Part shown: positions 1 through 6,990 of the stretch, one piece after another
How the letters are laid out: each line of letters starts with the position of its first letter
Position numbering within the stretch: position 1 is the stretch's first letter
DNA from: an uncultured bacterium
GTDB taxonomy: Bacteria; Bacillota_I; Bacilli_A; RF39; UBA660
DNA length: 64,000 nt
Assembly (NCBI GenBank): GCA_948433885.1
Contig: CAOJEC010000003.1
Coordinates: forward strand, 5,184 to 69,183
Reading direction: 5' to 3'
The notes under the pieces: model-generated
Databases searched by the model: none
Told to the model about the DNA's origin: nothing
The model's input: only the letters and a program-made list of their open reading frames with translations
Made by a program: the position numbers and the translations under genes

Positions 1-902
1 AAAACCCTCTTGTTGGTTTAGTTGTTTGTGGGTATTGTGGTAATAATATGACAAGACGACCATATTATATAAGAAAAGACGCAAAACCTACAGTAAAACG
101 AGTTTACGAAGTTGATAAGACTAAGTTAAGATTATTGCTTCGAGAACATAAAGGAGACTATAGTCTAAACGATATAGCTAGAGCTTTAAAAGTATCTAAA
201 TGCTGCGTAGATCACTGGTTCGCTAGTAATGACGATAAATTTACTATGCCATACGCTAATAAATGGGAAGATTTAAAGAAATTATTAAATATAGAAACTA
301 CGGAGTTTGATAAAGCAGTAACTACATTAGAAGAAAGCATAACGCCAGTACACGTCGATACTCTTATGTGTAGTCGACCTAGATGTAAATGTGTATCAAG
401 TGATTTAGAACTTGTAGAAACAAAAATATTACAAACATTAAAAATAATAAAAGAAGATTATAAAAAATATGTTGATAATTACGAAGAAGAAGTAAAAAAA
501 GAAATAAGAGATAATAAGGAAATTATACAAGTGATAGATAATGAAATCGACAAAGTCAATTCACAAATTGAAAAAGCGTGTGAATTAGTAGAGGCTGGAG
601 CTTATACTAAAGAGCTTTTTAAAAAAAGAATAGATGTTTTAAATAATCAATTAGAAGCACTAATAAATCAAAAACAAGAGTTACCTAACGCAAATAATAT
701 AACACAAGAATTTAATAATAAAAAGAAAGCAATACCTATTTTAGAAGACATTTTGAGTAAATATGCGCCTGAAATGACGGCCGAAGAAAAAAACGAGTTA
801 TTATCTACAATAATCAAAAAAGTTATATATAAAAAAGACCGTGGAGGCCGTTATTTAAAGGAAAATTTCAGTATTGATATTATTTTATTGCCCTTTGACT
901 GA
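1..902 (+). CDS. Large serine recombinase, C-terminal part (5' end lies outside the window)
   Basis: The frame is open from nt 3 (NPLVGLVVCGYCGNNM...). It has a zinc-ribbon CxxC pair, a second Cys cluster (CSRPRCKC), then a long heptad-rich coiled coil (KEDYKKYVDNYEEEVKKEIRDNKEI...), which is typical of LSR C-terminal domains. The segment is very AT-rich compared with the flanking DNA. Confidence 0.8.
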   Translation, partial: NPLVGLVVCGYCGNNMTRRPYYIRKDAKPTVKRVYEVDKTKLRLLLREHKGDYSLNDIARALKVSKCCVDHWFASNDDKFTMPYANKWEDLKKLLNIETTEFDKAVTTLEESITPVHVDTLMCSRPRCKCVSSDLELVETKILQTLKIIKEDYKKYVDNYEEEVKKEIRDNKEIIQVIDNEIDKVNSQIEKACELVEAGAYTKELFKKRIDVLNNQLEALINQKQELPNANNITQEFNNKKKAIPILEDILSKYAPEMTAEEKNELLSTIIKKVIYKKDRGGRYLKENFSIDIILLPFD

Positions 903-917
903 TAACATAATCGTAAA
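1..917. mobile_element. Right end of an integrated element (prophage/ICE-like) carrying the serine recombinase. The junction with host DNA is at about 903-925.
   Basis: Composition shifts abruptly from ~25% GC to ~45-48% GC immediately after the recombinase stop codon (900-902). Host-side homology to CotJC begins at about 918-921. Confidence 0.6.
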
Positions 918-1295
918 AATGAATTCGGTCACGCTGAAATGATCGGTGCGATGGTACACATGTTGACTAAAGATGCCACGTTGAAAGAAATGGAAGAAGC
1001 CGGCCTCGATGGCATGTATGCAGAACACGGTAAAGGTATCTATCCTTCCGATGCCAACGGCGTTCCTTTCTCGGCGATGACTTTCGCTTCCACGGGAGAC
1101 TATCTTGCGGACATTTCTGAAGATATGGCAGCCGAAGAAAAAGCTCGTGCTGCTTACGAAAGACTCATCGACATGGCAGAAGATCCTGCTTTGATCGAGC
1201 CGCTTCTCTTCTTGAGACAAAGAGAAATAGTTCATTTTCACCGTTTTAAAGAATTGTACGATTATTATAAAAAAGAGTACAAACAAAAAAAATAG
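906..1295 (+). pseudogene. cotJC: Manganese-catalase family spore coat protein CotJC, 3' two-thirds only (gene split by the element)
   Basis: The translation NEFGHAEMIGAMVHMLTKDAT...AAEEKARAAYERLIDMAEDP...FLRQREIVHFHRFKEL matches my memory of B. subtilis CotJC from about residue 60 (EEFAHLEMIATMVYKLTKDAT...AAEEKARATYQWLI...FLREREIVHSMRF). An in-frame stop sits at 903-905. About 60 N-terminal residues are missing. Confidence 0.75.
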
Positions 1296-1310
1296 AAGTG
1301 AATAATTACT

Positions 1311-1337
1311 AAAAATCGAAGGAAACCTTCGATTTTT
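1311..1337 (+). terminator. Rho-independent terminator after the cotJC fragment
   Basis: Hairpin atcgaagg-aaa-ccttcgat followed by a T-run. Confidence 0.6.
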
Positions 1338-1367
1338 AAATTTTCTATATCTTCTTTTCTCGATCGG

Positions 1368-1376
1368 TGATATAAT
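1368..1376 (+). promoter_or_regulatory. Extended -10 promoter element (TGaTATAAT) for the downstream gene
   Basis: tgatataat lies 22 nt upstream of the ATG at 1398. I found no good -35. Confidence 0.4.
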
Positions 1377-1397
1377 CTAGAGCGCTTGGAGGTTTTT

Positions 1398-2654
1398 ATG
1401 AGTCAAAACACTGCACAATTACCAATCGAACCTATTATACAAAATGATGAATTTGCCATATTTTGTACGGGAGATCTAGAAGATATAAAAGATGAATTAC
1501 TGAATCAACTATCATTTACCAAAATGAAATTGTTAAAATTCTTCGGCCTAAATACTTTTCCAAAAGTTAATATATATTTATTCGATAAAAATGTGTTTTT
1601 TAAATCACTTCCTTCATTCGATAGCTACTCTTCTCCAATGATCAATCACTCTTACAAAGTAAAATCTATTTCGAAAATAAAAGGAGTTTTATGTCACGAA
1701 CTTACTCACCTCGTTTACCGACAAATTTGGGAAGACTACTATCAAAGTCCCATATGGTTAGACGAAGGTTTGGCGCTTTTCTTCTCGGGCGAAAAAGACC
1801 ACATTACTACTGATTTTAAAAGATTTAAAAGTTGGTATTTAGAAAGAATAGTAGCATCTTCTAAAACGATACCCAAGATGGAGTTTTTGAACAAAAGAGG
1901 AACCAACTTTGGAGAATTTGTCGACGGAAAATCCAATACTTATAATGGATACGATATTTCTTTTATTCTAGTTTATTACTTGAGGAAACAATGCGACAAT
2001 TTTTCGGAAATGTTGTACGACGAACGAAGTATCGAAAAATTGAACGAACACATCCTAGAAGAATGTATAGCCTTTTTCAATCGCTTATTTCGTGTCGATG
2101 ACATTAAAGAGTCTTTTATAGATATCGAAACGCCAGATGAATTGATGGGCTATCTAGATAAAAATATCGTCTATGGTTGGTTAGATCGACAAGGAAATTT
2201 TCACAAAGATGTGGAAGTGACTTTTAGAGAAAACTATAGAACAGGTTCCTTAGAACAAATACTACAGTCCAAAGTAGGAACTTGTATCGAGCAAGCGAAA
2301 TTGATCAAAACTTTCTTCGATAAAATCGGTTTAGAAAGTAAAATATTCTGCCGAAGAAAATACGAAGACGAAGAAACACCAAAAGAAAAAACGAAGATGC
2401 ACTGCTTCGTGTTGTTCTCTCGCGATGACAAATGGTATCACTTTGAACATTCTAATGTGGCTGCAAGAGGTATTCACGAGTATTCTACTTTAGAAGAAGC
2501 TCTACAGGCCGAAAATTCCAAACGTCATCCGAGCGATGTACGAGTGCTCACCGAAATACCCGATATTCCATCAGGATTATCTTTCGAAGAGTTCAACTGC
2601 TACGTAAATTCTTTCGATCCTTACGACATGGCTCCTAAGATAAGTACAATTTGA
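1398..2654 (+). CDS. Two-domain putative protease: N-terminal MA-clan zinc peptidase-like domain plus C-terminal transglutaminase-like cysteine protease domain
   Basis: GGAGG lies 5 nt upstream of the ATG at 1398. The N-terminal half has HELTH ... WLDEGLALFF (HExxH plus a downstream Glu). The C-terminal half has GTCIEQAKL ... MHCFVLF ... WYHFEHS, a Cys/His pattern like transglutaminase-like cores. Confidence 0.55.
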   Translation: MSQNTAQLPIEPIIQNDEFAIFCTGDLEDIKDELLNQLSFTKMKLLKFFGLNTFPKVNIYLFDKNVFFKSLPSFDSYSSPMINHSYKVKSISKIKGVLCHELTHLVYRQIWEDYYQSPIWLDEGLALFFSGEKDHITTDFKRFKSWYLERIVASSKTIPKMEFLNKRGTNFGEFVDGKSNTYNGYDISFILVYYLRKQCDNFSEMLYDERSIEKLNEHILEECIAFFNRLFRVDDIKESFIDIETPDELMGYLDKNIVYGWLDRQGNFHKDVEVTFRENYRTGSLEQILQSKVGTCIEQAKLIKTFFDKIGLESKIFCRRKYEDEETPKEKTKMHCFVLFSRDDKWYHFEHSNVAARGIHEYSTLEEALQAENSKRHPSDVRVLTEIPDIPSGLSFEEFNCYVNSFDPYDMAPKISTI

Positions 2655-2735
2655 ATAAAACTCCCTTAGATAAGTAAACCTCGTTTTACTTTTTTTATTT
2701 TATATGCTAAAATTGACCACGAGAGGAGACGACCT

Positions 2736-3677
2736 ATGACTATCGTTTTTAAATTGAGTGATAACTTAAAAAGAGAAGTAATCGAGCATTATAAAGATAC
2801 TGCAAAACCTTCGCATCCGCCCTATTCGGTATTTCAAAGTGAAGATTGTGGTACAGTAGTAACATTATACGAATCGGGCAAGATCATGTTCCAAGGTGTC
2901 GGTGCAGACATCGACTACGCATTGTGGCGTGATCGCGAAGCGTTTTTGAACAGGAGAAATATCGATTCGGAACTTGCCAAAAAGGATGCCAAAGACCAAA
3001 AGAAAAAAGATGAGTTGAACGACTTGACATACAAATATGCGAGCACCGTAGGCTCCGATGAAGTTGGTACGGGAGATTACTTCGGTCCGATCGTCGTCAC
3101 CGCATCTTTCGTAAGTGTAGATAATATTAGCAAAATCGAAAGTTTAGGAGTCAGAGACTCGAAGAAGATAACTGATGAAAAAATCTTATCGATTGCACCT
3201 AAACTCATCAAAATGGTTCCGTATGTAAGTTACACCTTATCTCCTTCCGACTATAATCGCGTCGGTATTACGAACATGAACAAAGTAAAAGCCATATTGC
3301 ACAACAAAGTTTTAAATCTTCTTTTAAAGAAAGAAAGCTTCGAATATGACTACATCGTCGTCGATCAATTCTCACTCGTATCCAAATACTTCGAACACAT
3401 CAAAGAAGCACCTGAAAAAGTTACTAATATAGATTTTACGACTCACGCTGAAGATAAGTGCTTAAGTGTCGCGGTATCTAGTATCATAAGTAGATATATA
3501 TTCTTAGGTGAGATGAAAAAGATGAGCGAAAAATATGGAATGACAGTTCCTAAAGGAGCCGGTGCACAAGTTGACATCTTCGGTAAAGAATTTGTTCAAA
3601 AATTCGGCGAAGAGGAGTTGTCGAAAGCCGCTAAACTAAACTTCAAAAATACGGACAAAATAAAGAGGTCGTTGTAG
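2736..3677 (+). CDS. rnhC: Ribonuclease HIII
   Basis: The length, the N-terminal DUF3378-like domain and the GSDEVGTGDYFGPIVV catalytic motif fit RNase HIII. An RBS (gagaggag) is present. Confidence 0.9.
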   Translation: MTIVFKLSDNLKREVIEHYKDTAKPSHPPYSVFQSEDCGTVVTLYESGKIMFQGVGADIDYALWRDREAFLNRRNIDSELAKKDAKDQKKKDELNDLTYKYASTVGSDEVGTGDYFGPIVVTASFVSVDNISKIESLGVRDSKKITDEKILSIAPKLIKMVPYVSYTLSPSDYNRVGITNMNKVKAILHNKVLNLLLKKESFEYDYIVVDQFSLVSKYFEHIKEAPEKVTNIDFTTHAEDKCLSVAVSSIISRYIFLGEMKKMSEKYGMTVPKGAGAQVDIFGKEFVQKFGEEELSKAAKLNFKNTDKIKRSL

Positions 3678-3686
3678 ACCTCTTTT
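3663..3686. terminator. Bidirectional hairpin between convergent rnhC and holA
   Basis: aagaggtc-gttgta-gacctctt with flanking A and T runs. It overlaps both stop codons. Confidence 0.55.
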
Positions 3687-4623
3687 ACAATTCGAGTAAA
3701 AACTTTCTCAATTCATCATACCCTAAATTATCTTCACTTATGAGTTTCAAATTCATATTGCACAAATATAAAATAAGCGACTCCAATTTTTCTAAAGAAT
3801 ATTTCCCACTGGCATCTCTCAACAATTTAACTCGATAAGGGTGCATATTACCCATCTCTTTACTTATTTGATCGTTCGTATATTTCTTTTGAGCAAGCAG
3901 TTTTATGTTATATAATGCTTCGTATTCCTTGGCGATCATGACGACTAAAGGAACCAACTCCATTTTTGTAACCTCAGCATCGTCGATCATCTTCAAAGCT
4001 TTCTTTAAATCCATATTTATTATGGCATCCTTGAGACCAAAAGAGTCAGTCATATTGTAATTAGAAACATGCTCTTCGACATCTTGAAGGGTCACAATGG
4101 TGTTCTTCCCTTTGATTTTTTTTAACTTTTCGAATTCGTTTTTTGCTATGTCGTAATTGCCAGCACATTTCTCACAAAAAGCATCGAGAACATTTTTGGT
4201 CATTCCATAACCACTTGTCCGAAGTGTTTCTCCAAATATTTTAGCCAACTCGTAAGATTTACTTATTATGGGAGTTTCGATCACTGTCAATTTGGAAATT
4301 ATCGTTTTGAAAGTACTTTTAGCACTCGCCTTTTCATTGCTCGTAAATATCAATGTCGTATTTTCATTTGGCTCGGACAAATAAGCCTCCAAACTTGCCA
4401 AATCTTTTTCTCCATCTTTCTTTTTACTTCCATTTAAGACTTCAAAATTTCTTATGATGACTATCTTCTCCTCATCGAACATAGATCCATAACCGACATC
4501 TTCTAGTACACTTTTGAGCTCGATCTCCTCTAACGAATAAGAACTTGCCGGGCGTCCACATAAAATCTTCTCAATTTCGAGATCCACCAAATTAAAGCTG
4601 CTTCCGTATATTAAATAGTTCAT
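3685..4623 (-). CDS. holA: DNA polymerase III delta subunit
   Basis: The size is right, the N-terminus is MNYLIYG..., and it sits in the conserved position downstream of comEC as in Bacillus. The start moves to the ATG at 4623, preceded by GGGGAG. Confidence 0.8.
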   Translation of the reverse strand: MNYLIYGSSFNLVDLEIEKILCGRPASSYSLEEIELKSVLEDVGYGSMFDEEKIVIIRNFEVLNGSKKKDGEKDLASLEAYLSEPNENTTLIFTSNEKASAKSTFKTIISKLTVIETPIISKSYELAKIFGETLRTSGYGMTKNVLDAFCEKCAGNYDIAKNEFEKLKKIKGKNTIVTLQDVEEHVSNYNMTDSFGLKDAIINMDLKKALKMIDDAEVTKMELVPLVVMIAKEYEALYNIKLLAQKKYTNDQISKEMGNMHPYRVKLLRDASGKYSLEKLESLILYLCNMNLKLISEDNLGYDELRKFLLEL

Positions 4624-4802
4624 TTGTATTCTCCCCAATATAAATATATCACAAAATGTATCCCAATCGCAAGGGATACACTCGATAATTATCTCTATAT
4701 GAACACTCCTAGTAGTGGTTACTGTATTTTATGATAAAATCGGTCCCAAAGTTACACACCCGATTTTTTTAATCTCATCATGACGATTCATACATTCTCC
4801 TT

Positions 4803-5378
4803 TTAAGGTGGACACGTACTTATCTTGTATCCCCTTTTATTTAATTTAATCTCAATACTCCCGTCTATATCGGTTCTATAAATCCTACTTATTTTTATTG
4901 TATCCAATACGGACTTTTTCGGATGACCATATCTATTGTTCTTGCCTACACTTATGATCGAAAATTTCGGATCGATCTCATCTATAAAGTCTATACTCGA
5001 ACTCGTGTTGCTGCCGTGATGCCCAACTTTTAAAAAATCTATATCCAAGTTATAATTTTTTATTAAGTCTTCCTCGACTTTAACTCCCGCGTCGCCCATG
5101 AATAAAAATTTACGATCGTTCAATTTTGTATAAACGACGACCGAATTGTCATTCTCATTGCCATGATCTTTATCGTTTAAAAAATATAATTTGTTTCCTT
5201 CTACGTTCAATTCCTCGATACATGAATAATATGGTATTTCCCTTCTCTTCAAATCGTCGATGAGTTCTTTTTCTAAACCGTCGTAAGCACCACAGTTGAA
5301 GATCACCTCACCGACTTTCATGTTTTCTACTATATTCGACGCATCTCCCATGTGATCGTAATCACCATGTGGTGATTA
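4803..5378 (-). pseudogene. comEC: Displaced ancestral 3' end of comEC (metallo-beta-lactamase domain fragment)
   Basis: The translation PHGDYDHMGDASNIVENMKVGEVIFNCG...TCPP is collinear with the last ~190 aa of the intact ComEC (6991-9054), and I estimate about 60% identity. The frame is closed by a stop two codons upstream of HGDYDH, and there is no RBS. The composition is host-like. Confidence 0.85.
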
Positions 5379-5443
5379 TCGGTTACGCACACAAATTAAA
5401 GTTTTTTATTTCAAAGAAAAAAGAACCATCAAATTGATAATTC

Positions 5444-6061
5444 TCACATTTTTTGAATTTTATCATCAGTTATTACCAATGATTCATCATTGGTAAGTTT
5501 ATATACATTATATTTATTTTGTTTTACCAATTCATTGTATAGTTCTTCTCTTTTTAAAGGATTAAATTCTTCTGCTTCACAATGAGGAATAATTATTCCA
5601 TCAAATAACCCTAATGCATCAAAATTATCTAGATTGCAATAATTATCATCTAGTGAAAGTAAATGTTCTATATTTTTTGTAACTATATGAGCTCCACAAG
5701 AACCTCCAATATAAATTACACCATTTTTTATATAATTGATTATATGTTTATCGAATCTAGAATCCTTAATTTTCTTTAATGTTGCAAATGTATTACCACC
5801 ACTTATATATAATAAATCAATATCTAAATTTATAAATCTATCTGCATTTTCTTCATCAAACACATATATATTTTCTTTGTTTATAAAACCATCATCACAT
5901 AATCTATTATAGTACTTATCAGAATATATTTTTTCTTTTGTCGCCTTTTCATTTGGAATAAATAAAACTTTGCATTTATCTAAATCTTTATCTATATTAC
6001 TTAGAATAGTATTTTTCGAATTCTCATTAATAAAATCACATGAACTAAGAATCATTTTCAT
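5444..6061 (-). CDS. Peptidase S51 (dipeptidase E)-like protein
   Basis: ISGGNTF...GGSCGAHIV resembles the PepE family GGNT / GxSAG motifs. An extended -10 (tgatataat) and an AGGATG Shine-Dalgarno sequence lie upstream of the ATG at 6061. Confidence 0.6.
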   Translation of the reverse strand: MKMILSSCDFINENSKNTILSNIDKDLDKCKVLFIPNEKATKEKIYSDKYYNRLCDDGFINKENIYVFDEENADRFINLDIDLLYISGGNTFATLKKIKDSRFDKHIINYIKNGVIYIGGSCGAHIVTKNIEHLLSLDDNYCNLDNFDALGLFDGIIIPHCEAEEFNPLKREELYNELVKQNKYNVYKLTNDESLVITDDKIQKM

Positions 6062-6087
6062 TTCAATCACATCCTATTAACATTATA

Positions 6088-6978
6088 TCATACCAATTCA
6101 TATTCTCTAGCAATTATTCTATCATCAGAACAATATTTTATTACGTATTCATTATCTTGTTTACAAATTATTATTCCAACTGTATCATTTTCTTCAATTG
6201 TTTTTATATTTTTATTAATATAATTCATATATGTCATAATTTGACCTGTGTGTTCTTTCTTTAATTCAGTTACTTTCAATTCTACAACTGTATAACATTT
6301 ATATTTAATATTATATAAAAGCAAGTCAATATAATTATAGGCATTTCCTACTTTAATTCTATATTCATTACCAACATAAGTAAAACCAGAACCTAATTGA
6401 ATCAAAAAATCATCTAAATGATTTAGTATTAATTGTTTTAATGCATATTCAGTCAATTCTTCTTCAAATGAATTTGTTTTTATAATAATAGGATTTGGTA
6501 CTAAATCATTAACATATAATTGTTCTTTAGTAATAAGTTTATTTTTAGTTTTATCACTTAATCTATCATATTCATGATTTTTTATTTTTTCTTGCAATTG
6601 TCTTTTGGACAAATTGTTTTTCTCACATATATAAATATAATATATGATTTCATCAATATTTTTAATTGTTATTAATTCTCTATAATGACTCCAACTCAAT
6701 TTTGAACCCAGTGGGTTCAATTTTTCGTTGCTAAATACTTCATAAAATTTTCTCATTCCGTAAAGTGTTCTTTCATTATATTTTTTACCAACTTCTAACA
6801 TTAGACTTTTAGAATATTGTTTAATTATATTTTTACCATATTCTTTACCAGCCTCACTTAAAAGTTTCCCTGTTTCAAAATATACACTAACTTTATGCCT
6901 ATCTTTTGAGTAATCTTTGGCTCTATCATATATTTCACTTTTTATTAACTTTTCTTTTATCTCATTATAATAATTCAT
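6088..6978 (-). CDS. YhcG-like PDDEXK nuclease (DUF1016 family)
   Basis: The N-terminal helical region and the C-terminal IDLLLYN...VVELKV...K pattern (D...ExK) recall YhcG/DUF1016. AAGGAG RBS. Confidence 0.6.
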   Translation of the reverse strand: MNYYNEIKEKLIKSEIYDRAKDYSKDRHKVSVYFETGKLLSEAGKEYGKNIIKQYSKSLMLEVGKKYNERTLYGMRKFYEVFSNEKLNPLGSKLSWSHYRELITIKNIDEIIYYIYICEKNNLSKRQLQEKIKNHEYDRLSDKTKNKLITKEQLYVNDLVPNPIIIKTNSFEEELTEYALKQLILNHLDDFLIQLGSGFTYVGNEYRIKVGNAYNYIDLLLYNIKYKCYTVVELKVTELKKEHTGQIMTYMNYINKNIKTIEENDTVGIIICKQDNEYVIKYCSDDRIIAREYELV

Positions 6979-6990
6979 ATTAGCTCCTTT

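Noticed and set aside
885-1286. 133-aa minus-strand ORF
   Set aside because: It is antisense to the cotJC fragment, whose plus-strand frame has strong, specific CotJC similarity. It has no RBS.
4729-4791. 20-aa minus-strand ORF (MNRHDEIKKIGCVTLGPILS) with an AAGGAG-like Shine-Dalgarno sequence, just after the orphan comEC fragment
   Set aside because: It is very short and overlaps two terminator-like hairpins (4738-4770 and 4659-4680). This is more simply the old comEC terminator region.
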